Positions 1 through 10,056 are shown, numbered from the stretch's first letter. The stretch: 64,000 bases of DNA from Bacillota bacterium (GCA_023412665.1 JAEZCA010000041.1:2058-66057), one strand, 5' to 3'. Notes: a model not told the origin generated them from the sequence alone. A program made the numbers and translations.

Positions 1-211
1 TCGAAAGAAAACGATGTGAGTATATCTCCCGCCTCGTTGAAACGCGCATAGGTAAGAAAAATTTTCTACAATCGAAAATTTTTCTTTGAACGATGCGTTA
101 TAAAACTAGTATGAATGAATCAAAAACCATCCTTTGAATTTATTCTGGACATATGTTATCCTATGATTTGTTGCTGAAGAATGCAGCAGTAAGGGTAATA
201 AATAACGAGGC

Positions 212-1135
212 ATGATGGAAAGGGTGTATTTTGATTTGATGCAGCTTCCCTTTGACGGCAAGCTTTTAGTTTGTGATATGGATGGAACGCTGCTAAACAG
301 CAGCAGTAAAGTAAGCGCGGGTAATATAAAGGCGCTGGAGAGATTCGTTGAGGGCGGCGGGATGTTTACCGTTGCCACAGGAAGGATGGAGAGGTCAGTC
401 CTGCCATATCTGGACATGCTGCCTGTCAATGTTCCCGCAATAGTATATAATGGAGCGGCAATCTATGATTTCAAGGCTGAAAGGATACTCTGGCAGGCGG
501 ATATTGACACGGCAGTCGCCGGGGCGGTGAGGGATGCAATGGAAAGGTTCCCGGGAATCAGTGTGCAGGTGTATCATGGCGGCAGGACATACTTTGTAAG
601 TGAAAACGAGCATTCGGAGGCCCACAGGATAAGGGAGCATTTCGAACCCGTCAGGACAGGCCTGGACGGGGTGCCGGCGCCGTGGTTCAAGATCATACTT
701 GCATGGGATCCTCCGAAGCTGAAGGATGTGGAAGAGTTCTTGAGAGGTTATGAGCTAGCAGACGGCGGCACAGCAGACGGCGGCACAGCAGACGGCACCA
801 AAACCAAAGACAGCAGTGCGGCGATAAGCAGCAAGGCGGCCTTCAGGCAGGTCTACTCCGAGCCCCAGTTCCTCGAGCTGCTGAATCCGGCTGCAACCAA
901 GGGCAGTGCGCTCAAGGTGCTGACCGGCATACTGGGGATAGACAGGTCAAGGGTCATATCAATGGGTGATAACCTCAACGACATAGAACTCATTAAAGAA
1001 GCGGGGACAGGCATAGCAGTAGGTAATGCCCATAGTACCCTTAAGGCCGCGGCGTGTATGTGTTGTACAGATCATGACAACGATGCTGTTTCTGAAGTGA
1101 TCCGCTGGCTGGAGGATGGCAAAATTTCGTTTTAA
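212..1135 (+). CDS. HAD-superfamily Cof-type (IIB) phosphatase
   Basis: 307-aa ORF. It has the N-terminal nucleophile motif 'VCDMDGTLL' and the C-terminal 'GDNLNDIEL' motif typical of Cof-like HAD hydrolases. It also contains an in-frame ADGGT repeat. Confidence 0.8.
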   Translation: MMERVYFDLMQLPFDGKLLVCDMDGTLLNSSSKVSAGNIKALERFVEGGGMFTVATGRMERSVLPYLDMLPVNVPAIVYNGAAIYDFKAERILWQADIDTAVAGAVRDAMERFPGISVQVYHGGRTYFVSENEHSEAHRIREHFEPVRTGLDGVPAPWFKIILAWDPPKLKDVEEFLRGYELADGGTADGGTADGTKTKDSSAAISSKAAFRQVYSEPQFLELLNPAATKGSALKVLTGILGIDRSRVISMGDNLNDIELIKEAGTGIAVGNAHSTLKAAACMCCTDHDNDAVSEVIRWLEDGKISF

Positions 1136-1269
1136 TTTGAAGGAAAACTGCTTATCATTATTGAATTTCTATATATCGTTCATACATTGCAGTACAAATC
1201 AGCCGAGCACATCAGTTAGATAAATAGCTGTTTAACTGGCGAGCCCGGCACAATAGAGGTTGATTTTTC

Positions 1270-1365
1270 ATGGATAGAAAAATAGTCAAATGGATAGCAA
1301 TAATAACTGTGCTGGTATTTTTATTGACAACTTTCAGTTTCGTCGGATATCTGCTGTTCAGCTGA
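1270..1365 (+). CDS. Candidate 31-aa hydrophobic small protein (below the ORF-track cutoff)
   Basis: ATG at 1270 follows AGAGGT (1254-1259). Hand translation gives MDRKIVKWIAIITVLVFLLTTFSFVGYLLFS*, which looks like a single TM helix. It sits 45 nt upstream of the AMMECR1-fusion gene. Confidence 0.3.
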   Translation: MDRKIVKWIAIITVLVFLLTTFSFVGYLLFS

Positions 1366-1410
1366 CAAATATCTGTCGTTGTCAAACAAGAGCAGAAAGG
1401 ATGTGGGCAA

Positions 1411-2820
1411 ATGGGCACTATAAAAAAGGCATTCATCTCTCCACACCCACCGATAGTTGTTCCTGAGGTCGGGAGGGGCGAAGAGGCAAAAGCCGGCGCC
1501 ACTGTACAGGCGCTTTTGAAAGCGGCAGAGGAGATTGGCAGGATAAAGCCTTCCACTATAATCGTCACTACGCCCCACGGTCCTGTTTTCAAGGATTTTG
1601 TCCATATCAACATCAAAGAGACACTGGCAGGGGATCTAAGAAAGTTTGGCGCGCCGGGAGTCAGTCTGAGGTATATGAATGACCTCGAGCTGGCAGGCGA
1701 AATCGCCAGGCTGTCCAACAGCCAGGGCATACCCTGCGGAGCACTTGATAAGCCTCTCGTTATAAAATACGGCATATCGGAAGAACTGGATCACGGGGTT
1801 GTGGTTCCGCTGTATTACATCGGCAAGGTGTACAATGATTTCAAGCTGGTGCATATTTCTGTGGCAGGCTTACCCTTCAAAGAACTTTACAAGTTTGGCA
1901 GCTGTATTGCAAAAGCAGTCGAGCAATCCGAGGGCGATGTCGTATTTCTGGCCAGCGGTGACCTGTCTCACAGGCTTTCGCCGGATGGTCCGTACGGCTT
2001 TAATGATTGCGGACCGGAGTTTGACGGCAGGCTCGTTGATTATTTGAGGGTGCCGGATCCCGAAGGTCTGCTGGAATTTGAAGAGGGCTTCCTGGAAGAG
2101 GCGGGTGAATGCGGCCTGCGCTCATTCATAATGATGTTTGGCGCGCTGGACGGTTTGAAGCTCAAATCACAGGTTTATTCGTATGAAGGCCCATTTGGGG
2201 TGGGCTATGCTGTGGCTGAATTCACGCCGGTCGGAATGGCAGACGGTGAAACCCTGCTGGATAAGATGGAAAGGCAGGATATTGAGAAACTCAGTGAAGT
2301 GCGAAACAATGAAGACCCGTATATTGCCCTTGCAAGAAAGACGCTGGAAATATATGTGGCAAGCGGTATCATAATTGACGTGCCTGATGTGCTGCCGGCT
2401 GAGATGGCCGACAAAAGGGCAGGGGTATTTGTCTCGATAAAGAAGCAAGGCAAGCTGAGAGGCTGTATCGGCACCATCATGCCTGCCTGCGAAAACATTG
2501 CCGCAGAGATCATAAACAATGCTATCAGCGCCGGTACCGGCGATCCCAGGTTTGAGCCGGTGGAAGAGGATGAACTGGACAGCCTGGTTTACTCAGTGGA
2601 TGTGCTTGGCGAGGCTGAACCTGTCAGCTCCATTGATGAACTGGACGTCAAAAGATATGGGGTCATAGTCAGGGCCGGCAGACGTTCGGGCTTGCTGTTG
2701 CCTGACTTGGAGGGCATAGACACGCCGCTGGAGCAGGTAGGCATCGCGCTGCAGAAGGCAGGCATAAAGCCGGATGAAAAATATTCCATGGAGCGTTTTG
2801 AGGTAATACGGCATAAATAG
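1411..2820 (+). CDS. Fusion of a class III extradiol dioxygenase/Memo-like N-terminal domain with a C-terminal AMMECR1 domain (AmmeMemoRadiSam system protein A-like)
   Basis: 469 aa. The N-terminal ~270 aa carry 'ISPHPPIVVPE', 'TTPHGP' and 'ASGDLSHRL', which are LigB/Memo-like metal-site motifs. The C-terminal ~190 aa carry 'KLRGCIGTI' and 'DPRF', the AMMECR1 signature. The next gene is the matching radical SAM enzyme. Confidence 0.75.
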   Translation: MGTIKKAFISPHPPIVVPEVGRGEEAKAGATVQALLKAAEEIGRIKPSTIIVTTPHGPVFKDFVHINIKETLAGDLRKFGAPGVSLRYMNDLELAGEIARLSNSQGIPCGALDKPLVIKYGISEELDHGVVVPLYYIGKVYNDFKLVHISVAGLPFKELYKFGSCIAKAVEQSEGDVVFLASGDLSHRLSPDGPYGFNDCGPEFDGRLVDYLRVPDPEGLLEFEEGFLEEAGECGLRSFIMMFGALDGLKLKSQVYSYEGPFGVGYAVAEFTPVGMADGETLLDKMERQDIEKLSEVRNNEDPYIALARKTLEIYVASGIIIDVPDVLPAEMADKRAGVFVSIKKQGKLRGCIGTIMPACENIAAEIINNAISAGTGDPRFEPVEEDELDSLVYSVDVLGEAEPVSSIDELDVKRYGVIVRAGRRSGLLLPDLEGIDTPLEQVGIALQKAGIKPDEKYSMERFEVIRHK

Positions 2821-2872
2821 TCATTTATGCTTATACAGTCGTGGCGGAACAATGATTGAGGCAGGTTGTGTC

Positions 2873-3730
2873 ATGAAGGAAGCGTTGTTCTATGAAAAAC
2901 TCGATAACAGCAAGGTTCGATGTCTGCTCTGCCCGCATGAGTGCGTGCTGCCGCATGCCGGAACCGGTGTCTGTCGGGCACGAAGGAACACGGACGGCAG
3001 CCTGTATTCGCTCAATTACTCCTGTGTAACCTCTGTTGCTCTGGATCCAATAGAGAAAAAGCCGCTTTACCACTTCCGTCCCGGCAGCCTTATATTGTCG
3101 GCGGGCACCTTCGGCTGCAACTTCAAATGCAGCTGGTGCCAAAACTGGACCATCGCCCATAAGGATCCAAGGACAATGGAGCTGACACCCCAGGGTCTGG
3201 CAGAGCTGGCAGTGGAATATGCTTCCCGTGGGAGCATTGGTGTGGCGTATACATATAACGAACCCTCGATATGGTATGAATTCATATATGATGCAGCAAG
3301 GCTGGTCAAAGAGCAGGGGCTTGTGAATGTCTTGGTGACCAACGGTTTCATTAACCCCGAACCTCTGGAACAGCTGCTGCCGTACGTTGATGCCATGAAT
3401 ATCGATGTAAAAGCGTTTACTGAAGATTTCTACAACAAATACTGCAAAGGCGCTCTCAGCAGTGTGATGAGAACAGTGGAAAAGGCTGCCCGCAGCTGCC
3501 ACGTCGAGATCACAACACTGGTGATACCAGGACTGAACGACTCCTCTGCGGAGATAGGAAGTCTTGCGTCATGGCTTGCTTCGATCAGTCCTGATATCGT
3601 ACTTCATCTGTCAAGATTTTTTCCCAGTTACCAAATGAACGACATAATACCCACACCCAGGGAGACACTTGAGAATGCTCGAAACAGCGCGCTCAGACAC
3701 CTTAGGTACGTATACCTTGGCAACATTTAA
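2873..3730 (+). CDS. AmmeMemoRadiSam-system radical SAM enzyme
   Basis: CxxxCxxC cluster motif 'CNFKCSWCQN'. The N-terminal Cys-rich 'VRCLLCPHECVLPHAGTGVCRAR' is typical of this family. ATG 2873 is preferred because GAGGCAGG lies 7 nt upstream; the ORF could start at 2852. Confidence 0.8.
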   Translation: MKEALFYEKLDNSKVRCLLCPHECVLPHAGTGVCRARRNTDGSLYSLNYSCVTSVALDPIEKKPLYHFRPGSLILSAGTFGCNFKCSWCQNWTIAHKDPRTMELTPQGLAELAVEYASRGSIGVAYTYNEPSIWYEFIYDAARLVKEQGLVNVLVTNGFINPEPLEQLLPYVDAMNIDVKAFTEDFYNKYCKGALSSVMRTVEKAARSCHVEITTLVIPGLNDSSAEIGSLASWLASISPDIVLHLSRFFPSYQMNDIIPTPRETLENARNSALRHLRYVYLGNI

Positions 3731-3881
3731 GCGAGTAATTGCTCAATCTGTGAAAATTGCACAAATAATCCAGCAATTATTTTTATATAAAGTTAAAAAA
3801 TCGCTTAACAAATGTATTAAAAAGAAGGTATAATTCTATTGAGTAGGCATTTCGTCAATACGAGCAGGGGTGTGAGTTTAT

Positions 3882-4760
3882 TTGGATTTGTTTGACAGTA
3901 TAAATCTACGTGACTTGTTTAATAATTTTGCCGGATATATGGGCCTGAATGATCCGTTATATACGATCAAGGCCATTATTGACGTGAGCATAGTCACATG
4001 GGTCATATACAAGCTCATCGTCCTTGTGAGGGAAACCCGGGCATGGCAGCTGATAAAGGGTATACTGCTGATACTCGTGGCAACTGAGATGAGCGGCTTT
4101 CTGGGATTCAAGACCATCAACTACCTGCTGCAGTCCATGCTTTCGGTATTGGCAATAGGTGCTATCGTGCTTTTCCAGCCTGAGTTGAGAAGAGCGCTGG
4201 AGAAGATAGGTCGAAGCAGGTTCAAGGACCTGTTCAATTTCGACGATACAGCTAACATCAGAGTCCAGACTACAGCAGTTATCGAGGAAATCGTCAAAGC
4301 CTGCCAGGATATGGCATCAAGGTATGTAGGCGCCCTCATCGTAATAGAGCGGGATGTTAAGATCGGAGAGATAATAAATACCGGGACACAGCTCGATTCG
4401 CATGTTTCAAGCGAGCTGATCATCAACCTGTTTGTTCCCGATACTCCGCTTCACGACGGAGCGCTGGTCATACGTGACAACAAGGTAAAAGCGGCTGCCT
4501 GCTTCCTGCCGCTGACCGATAACCCCAACCTGAGCAAGGAGCTCGGCACCAGGCACAGGGCAGCACTGGGCATCACAGAGGTTTCCGACAGCATAGCGGT
4601 AGTGGTATCCGAAGAGTCAGGGAAAATTTCCTTTGCACTCAACGGAGGACTTACGAGGAATCTCACGCCGGATACTCTCAGAAAAGCGTTGAACAAGAAT
4701 CTGGTCGAGCGTGAGACCACTCCTAAAAAACTTATTCTGTGGAGGGGAAAAACCAAGTGA
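3882..4760 (+). CDS. cdaA: Diadenylate cyclase CdaA (DisA_N/DAC domain, N-terminal TM helices)
   Basis: DAC motifs 'HDGALVI' and 'GTRHRAALGITE', plus three predicted N-terminal TM helices. The track start is a TTG, so the start is uncertain. Confidence 0.9.
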   Translation: MDLFDSINLRDLFNNFAGYMGLNDPLYTIKAIIDVSIVTWVIYKLIVLVRETRAWQLIKGILLILVATEMSGFLGFKTINYLLQSMLSVLAIGAIVLFQPELRRALEKIGRSRFKDLFNFDDTANIRVQTTAVIEEIVKACQDMASRYVGALIVIERDVKIGEIINTGTQLDSHVSSELIINLFVPDTPLHDGALVIRDNKVKAAACFLPLTDNPNLSKELGTRHRAALGITEVSDSIAVVVSEESGKISFALNGGLTRNLTPDTLRKALNKNLVERETTPKKLILWRGKTK

Positions 4761-6022
4761 GAATCGGTGATTGGTTCAAAAAAGACCTGAAAACAAAAAT
4801 AATAGCACTGCTGCTCGCACTGCTTTTCTGGCTCTATGTATCTAATGTGACAAACCCATTTAAGTCAGTGATCATATATAACGTGCCTGTAACGGTCACA
4901 AATGAAGAGTTTCTGGATCAGAACGATTACACCCTGAAAAACACTCTGAGGACATACATTGACGTGACCATCAGAGGACGCCAGGATGTAGTTGACAAGG
5001 TCAGATCCACAGATTTTGTGACAACGCTGGATCTGTCCCAGATACAGTCGGTGAATGACAAGAAGCTCACACTGTCAGAGCCTGAATGTCTGGTGAAGGA
5101 GGTCACAGTGGAATCGTATAATCCCCCTGAGATCGACATACAGTTGGCCAGGAACAAAACGGGCACCTTTGAGGTCGAGCTTGTGCCAAGCATAAAGATG
5201 AAGACGGGCTATGTGCTGCTCAATACTACAGTATCCCCCGAGAAGATACAGATAATGAACGAAGAGGCCACTATAGACAGCATCGGCTCCATAAAGGCAT
5301 TTTTAGAACTGACGGATCTGGATAGAGACACGGTGAAGCAGGTCCAGTGCAAGGTCTATAACAAGGCCGGCAAGGAGATAAGCAGCCTCAGCAGGGATCT
5401 CAATGTGAAGGTTACTGTAGAGACAGCCAAGGAGGTGCCGGTTTCACTTGTGACAAGGGGAAGGCTGGCCACCAACTATATCGAGACACAGAGGATCATA
5501 GAGCCTATGAAGGTATTGGTAACAGGCCCTGCAGATGTTTTGGATAACCTTAAGGATATTAAGACAGAGCAGGTCGACATTGACAGGATAAGCGGCAATT
5601 TCACCACCACAGTTCCGCTTGTTGTACCGGAAGGCACAAAGATAGTGAATTCGACAAATGAGATAAACGTTCGGATAGATGTCGAGAAGCTGGTCGTAAG
5701 GAACTTCCAGTTCGTGAAGAATGACATATCGATCCTCAATGCCAGAAATGACGGTACGCTTGTTTACGAGATCATTTCCGATAGCGCGCTGGTCCAGTTC
5801 CGCGGCAGAGAGGCCGATCTGGATGAGATAAATGAAGACTCACTCAAGCCTGCGGTGGATGTTTCAAACCTTGGAGAAGGTGTTCACAGGCTTCAGTTGA
5901 ACATTACGATGCCCGGAAAGGGAACGCTGGTGCAGAGGGCCAATGTGGATGTGAAGATATCCAAGACGCCTCTGCCGGAACCCGAGAATGAGATACCGGT
6001 CTCCAATCCCGGCCAGCCGTGA
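4757..6022 (+). CDS. cdaR: CdaA regulatory protein CdaR (YbbR-repeat protein)
   Basis: N-terminal TM anchor 'IIALLLALLFWLYVSNV' followed by repeated beta-rich YbbR-like modules. GTG 4757 overlaps the cdaA stop (GTGA), with GGAGGGG upstream. The gene sits in the conserved position after cdaA. Confidence 0.8.
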   Translation: MRIGDWFKKDLKTKIIALLLALLFWLYVSNVTNPFKSVIIYNVPVTVTNEEFLDQNDYTLKNTLRTYIDVTIRGRQDVVDKVRSTDFVTTLDLSQIQSVNDKKLTLSEPECLVKEVTVESYNPPEIDIQLARNKTGTFEVELVPSIKMKTGYVLLNTTVSPEKIQIMNEEATIDSIGSIKAFLELTDLDRDTVKQVQCKVYNKAGKEISSLSRDLNVKVTVETAKEVPVSLVTRGRLATNYIETQRIIEPMKVLVTGPADVLDNLKDIKTEQVDIDRISGNFTTTVPLVVPEGTKIVNSTNEINVRIDVEKLVVRNFQFVKNDISILNARNDGTLVYEIISDSALVQFRGREADLDEINEDSLKPAVDVSNLGEGVHRLQLNITMPGKGTLVQRANVDVKISKTPLPEPENEIPVSNPGQP

Positions 6023-6078
6023 TATTGCAGGCGCAAGTATGAAATACTATCAGTAATATCAACATGAGGATGTAATAG

Positions 6079-7692
6079 ATGAAGCTTATCATAAATGAAC
6101 TCAGGCTGCCGCTGGATGCAGGCAGCAACGAACTCAGGAGGATGGCGGCCCGAAGGCTTGGGATCGGCGCCTCCGATATTCTCAATTTCAAAATAACAAA
6201 AGAAGCTATAGATGCCAGAAGAAAACCCGACGTGAGCCGGGTTTATTCTGTTCTGGCAGAGATAAGCGATACCCGGTTATGGAAAAAAGGCAGTGGGGTG
6301 AGAGAAGTCACGGAGGAACCTGAGGAGCCAATAGTTCCGGGGACACTTAAGATGGACGGAAGACCTGTGGTTGTGGGAAGCGGTCCGGCAGGCATTTTTG
6401 CCGCGCTGACGCTTGCCGAGGCGGGTTACAGGCCGTTGGTGCTGGAGAGGGGAGAATGCGTCGAGAAACGTGCTGCTGCCGTAGATACATATTGGGAGAC
6501 AGGCAAGCTAGACCCGCAAAGCAATGTCCAATTCGGAGAAGGCGGAGCCGGCACGTTCTCGGACGGCAAGCTGACCACCCGCATCAACGACAGGCGTTGT
6601 GAAAAAGTACTGCAGCTGTACCACAGCGCGGGAGCACCGGAAGAAATACTTTACAAGTCCAAGCCCCACATCGGATCTGATGTGCTGCGGACCGTCGTTT
6701 CAAACATGAGAAGAAGGCTCGTTGAACTGGGAGGAGAAATACGTTTCGGGGCAAAGGTGACCTCTGTAGTGTACCGTGGCGGGCGTGCTGCAGGTGTGAC
6801 GGTAAACGGAAATGAGGATATAAAAGCGGGAGCTGTAGTGCTAGCTCCAGGCCACAGCGCAAGAGATACATTTACCGAACTGCTGGGAAGCGGTGTCCGC
6901 ATGGTGCAAAAGCCATTTTCCATAGGCGTGCGGATCGAGCATCCACAGGAAATAGTGAACCTGGCGCAGTACGGAAACGCCAGAATCAGTCAGACGCTTG
7001 GACCTGCGGATTATCAGCTGTTTTACAAAACAGGCGGCAGGACGGCATATTCCTTCTGTATGTGCCCCGGAGGCGTCGTGGTTGCTGCTGCTTCAGAGCC
7101 GGATACTATAGTTACCAACGGGATGAGCTATTTTGCACGCGACAGGGAGAATGCTAACAGCGCATTTGTCGTATCAGTTGAGCCGGGAGATTTCGGCAGC
7201 AGCGAACCGCTGGCCGGAGTTGCATTCCAGCGCCGATGGGAGCATGCGGCGTTCAAGGCAGGCGGAGGCAGAGGGGCGGCTCCTGTGCAGCTGCTGGGTG
7301 ATTTTTTGGAGGGCAGGCCGTCCCGGCGCCTTGGATCAGTGAGACCCAGCTACCCGGGCAAGGTCGAACCCAGCCGCACCGGCAGGATCGAGCCCGGCGA
7401 TATAAACCTGTGTCTACCGGATTTTGTTACTGCAACAATGAAAGAGGCTGTCACGTATTTTGACCGCAGGCTGAAGGGCTTCGCGATGACGGATGCAGTC
7501 CTGACCGGAGTCGAGACAAGGACATCATCGCCCGTCAGGATAATGCGCACAGAAACATATGAAGCCGAAGGCATCAGCGGATTATATCCGTGCGGCGAGG
7601 GCGCAGGCTATGCAGGCGGCATCATCAGCGCAGCTGTTGACGGCATGCGTGTTGCCGAGCAGTTAATCCGGACGTATTCAGAGCCTGTGTGA
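6079..7692 (+). CDS. NAD(P)/FAD-dependent oxidoreductase (uncharacterised FAD-dependent dehydrogenase family)
   Basis: 537 aa with the dinucleotide fold 'VVVGSGPAGIFAALTLAEAG' and C-terminal 'CGEGAGYAGGI'. Confidence 0.75.
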   Translation: MKLIINELRLPLDAGSNELRRMAARRLGIGASDILNFKITKEAIDARRKPDVSRVYSVLAEISDTRLWKKGSGVREVTEEPEEPIVPGTLKMDGRPVVVGSGPAGIFAALTLAEAGYRPLVLERGECVEKRAAAVDTYWETGKLDPQSNVQFGEGGAGTFSDGKLTTRINDRRCEKVLQLYHSAGAPEEILYKSKPHIGSDVLRTVVSNMRRRLVELGGEIRFGAKVTSVVYRGGRAAGVTVNGNEDIKAGAVVLAPGHSARDTFTELLGSGVRMVQKPFSIGVRIEHPQEIVNLAQYGNARISQTLGPADYQLFYKTGGRTAYSFCMCPGGVVVAAASEPDTIVTNGMSYFARDRENANSAFVVSVEPGDFGSSEPLAGVAFQRRWEHAAFKAGGGRGAAPVQLLGDFLEGRPSRRLGSVRPSYPGKVEPSRTGRIEPGDINLCLPDFVTATMKEAVTYFDRRLKGFAMTDAVLTGVETRTSSPVRIMRTETYEAEGISGLYPCGEGAGYAGGIISAAVDGMRVAEQLIRTYSEPV

Positions 7693-7783
7693 AATTTAGT
7701 GAAATTTCATTTTTCATGCTGACGACGGCTACACTGACTATGAGGATTGTATGAAGGCGGTATATGAATTTTGAATTAAATAC

Positions 7784-7812
7784 TTGTTATGTAAAAAATT
7801 AAAAGATATAAT
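7784..7812 (+). promoter_or_regulatory. Sigma-A-type promoter candidate for glmM
   Basis: TTGTTA (7784-7789), a 17-nt spacer, then TATAAT (7807-7812), about 30 nt upstream of the glmM RBS AGGAGG. Confidence 0.4.
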
Positions 7813-7844
7813 TACTTTGGTAAAGATAACAGGAGGTCAAACGT

Positions 7845-9194
7845 ATGGCAAGACTTTTTGGGACAGATGGGGTTAGAGGCGTAGCAAATACTGAGCTTAC
7901 GGCTGAGCTGGCATATAAGCTGGGTCAGGCAGGGGCGTATGTGCTGGCGTCAGAGACAAAGCATAATGCAAAAATATTGGTGGGTATGGATACAAGGATA
8001 TCGGGACACATGCTGGAGGCCGCACTGGTGGCTGGTATATGCTCGGTGGGAGCTGAGGCTGTATGCCTTGGAGTGCTGCCCACACCGGCCATTGCTTACC
8101 TGACAAGGCTTTACAATGCAGATGCAGGTGTGGTAATATCGGCATCCCATAATCCATTCGAATTCAATGGCATCAAATTCTTTGACTCAAAGGGCTACAA
8201 GCTGCCCGATGCAACGGAGGACAAAATTGAAGAGCTTATAAAGAACGGTCTTGGAGATATTTCACTCCCGACCGGCGCAGGTGTAGGAAAGAAAAGCGAA
8301 GGAAAAGACGCGCTTAGGGATTATGTGGATTTCCTCAAGAGCACTGTTGACTGTGACCTGAAGGGACTGAAGATCGCTATCGACTGTGCAAACGGTGCCT
8401 CATATCTGCCGGCTCCCATACTGTTCAAGGAACTGGGCGCCGAGGTGTTAACTATCAACAATGAACCCGATGGATTGAACATAAACCGTGACTGTGGTTC
8501 CACACATATGTCACAGCTTAAAAAATACGTCGTTGAAAATGGTGCTGATATCGGCTTTGCTTTTGACGGTGACGCTGACAGGGTCCTTGCAGTAGATGAA
8601 AACGGTCAACTGGTGGATGGCGACCAGACGATGGCGATAATAGGCCTGGAATTGAAAAAAGCCGGAAACCTGCCAAATGATACTGTAGTTGCTACAGTGA
8701 TGAGCAACCTGGGCTTTGACATAATGGCTCAAAAAAATGATCTGAAGCTGGTTAAGACCAAAGTCGGCGACAGATACGTGCTGGAGGAGATGCTTGACAA
8801 AGGATATGTACTGGGCGGGGAACAGTCCGGCCATGTAATATTCCTTAAGTACAACACCACCGGTGACGGCCTGCTGACCGCTATACAGCTGCTTTGCGTG
8901 CTGAGATCCACCGGAAAGAAGCTTTCCGAGCTGGCAAGCATTATGCAGGTACTTCCGCAGGTGCTGAAGAATGCAAAAGTCAAGAATGAGAACAAGTACA
9001 GTTACATGGAGGATGAGCTGGTGGCAAAGCTTTGCCGGGAGCTGGAGGACGAGTTCCATGGCGAGGGCAGGGTGCTGATAAGGCCTTCCGGAACTGAGCC
9101 GCTGGTACGTGTAATGATAGAAGGCAAGGATCAGGAATACATCACAAAACGCGCGGCTGAGCTGGCAGCCATCATTGAGCAGAGGCTCGGCTAG
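7845..9194 (+). CDS. glmM: Phosphoglucosamine mutase
   Basis: 449 aa. It starts '[12 protein letters not shown]', has the phosphoserine loop '[16 protein letters not shown]', the Mg site 'FDGDADR' and 'GGEQSGH'. Confidence 0.95.
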   Translation: MARLFGTDGVRGVANTELTAELAYKLGQAGAYVLASETKHNAKILVGMDTRISGHMLEAALVAGICSVGAEAVCLGVLPTPAIAYLTRLYNADAGVVISASHNPFEFNGIKFFDSKGYKLPDATEDKIEELIKNGLGDISLPTGAGVGKKSEGKDALRDYVDFLKSTVDCDLKGLKIAIDCANGASYLPAPILFKELGAEVLTINNEPDGLNINRDCGSTHMSQLKKYVVENGADIGFAFDGDADRVLAVDENGQLVDGDQTMAIIGLELKKAGNLPNDTVVATVMSNLGFDIMAQKNDLKLVKTKVGDRYVLEEMLDKGYVLGGEQSGHVIFLKYNTTGDGLLTAIQLLCVLRSTGKKLSELASIMQVLPQVLKNAKVKNENKYSYMEDELVAKLCRELEDEFHGEGRVLIRPSGTEPLVRVMIEGKDQEYITKRAAELAAIIEQRLG

Positions 9195-9218
9195 GATACA
9201 GCTTCTACATAAAATAAA

Positions 9219-9258
9219 GCCATAAGAGGGGCGATGAACCTCTCTTATGGCTTTGATT
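9219..9258. terminator. Hairpin + T-run between convergent genes
   Basis: GCCATAAGAGG ... CCTCTCTTATGGC forms a stem with one bulge, followed by TTTGATTATT. Confidence 0.5.
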
Positions 9259-9295
9259 ATTATGGCAGAAAGCATGCTATCATTGTCGTCAATGC

Positions 9296-9955
9296 TTACA
9301 CCCTCGGAACCATGGTTCCGTTGTTCTTGAGTATATGGCAGCTTGGCACATAGCCTCTGACGGGGGTCAGCGGATAAACGATGCTGTTTTTTCCGATGAC
9401 TGTACCCGGGTTTAGTACCGAGTTGCAGCCCACTTCAGAGTTATCGCCCACCATAGCGCCGAATTTTCTCAGGCCTGTTTCTATTGTATCGATTCCATTG
9501 GTCACTTTTACATGGGTACCGTTTGACTTCAGGTTTGAGCAGATAACACCTGCGCCGGTGTGGGCCTTATATCCGAGAATAGAGTCGCCTATATAATTGA
9601 AATGAGGCACCTGCACCTTGTTGAACAGCAGCGCGTTCTTTAGCTCAGTTGAGTTGCCGATGACACATTCGTTGCCTATGATTACGTTGTCCCTGATAAA
9701 CGCGCACTGCCTGAGTTCACAGCTATAACCAATGATGGCTGGCCCTTTTATCAGCACTGTTTTTTCAATAGTTGTGCCCTTGCCGACCCAGACAAATTCG
9801 CTGATCTGCTCAAAATCAGAAGGCAGTGTTTTGGCAAACTCCAGCAGGAAGCTCTTTATTCTCGGCAGCGCCTCCCACGGATACTCCAAACCATTGAAAA
9901 TATCTCTTTCAAAGCATTCGTTCAGATCAAAAAGATCGTTTATTCTCACATCCAT
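9296..9955 (-). CDS. Left-handed beta-helix (hexapeptide-repeat) transferase-like protein, resembling a GlmU C-terminal domain
   Basis: 219 aa with repeated [LIV]-G-x-x-x-x hexapeptide pattern, e.g. 'VIIGNECVIGNSTELKNALL', 'IGDSILGYKAHTGAGVI' and 'MVGDNSEVGCNSVLNPGTVIGKNS'. Confidence 0.6.
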   Translation of the reverse strand: MDVRINDLFDLNECFERDIFNGLEYPWEALPRIKSFLLEFAKTLPSDFEQISEFVWVGKGTTIEKTVLIKGPAIIGYSCELRQCAFIRDNVIIGNECVIGNSTELKNALLFNKVQVPHFNYIGDSILGYKAHTGAGVICSNLKSNGTHVKVTNGIDTIETGLRKFGAMVGDNSEVGCNSVLNPGTVIGKNSIVYPLTPVRGYVPSCHILKNNGTMVPRV

Positions 9956-10056
9956 ACATTAATCCTCTTTTCATAAAACTCAGCTTATTTACAATAAATG
10001 TAATATACATACATCAAAATAATACACCATTTTTATTTAATTGGGTAGTATTAATT

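Noticed and set aside
54-86. Perfect 13-bp inverted repeat AAGAAAAATTTTC-N7-GAAAATTTTTCTT at the window start
   Set aside because: The stem is almost entirely A/T, so the structure is weak. The upstream gene context is cut off by the window edge, so it cannot be called a terminator or operator.
757-795. 15-bp in-frame tandem repeat (GCAGACGGCGGCACA x ~2.6) encoding ADGGTADGGTADGT in the HAD phosphatase
   Set aside because: It is a short low-complexity linker expansion within a cap-domain loop. It could vary in length between strains, but nothing suggests function.
8511-9275. 254-aa minus-strand ORF antisense to glmM, and similar long antisense ORFs at 16674-17255, 18237-18932, 28906-29691, 39618-40142 and 56744-57286
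   Set aside because: They lie entirely within well-supported genes on the opposite strand, lack RBSs and have no recognisable motifs. They are shadow ORFs.
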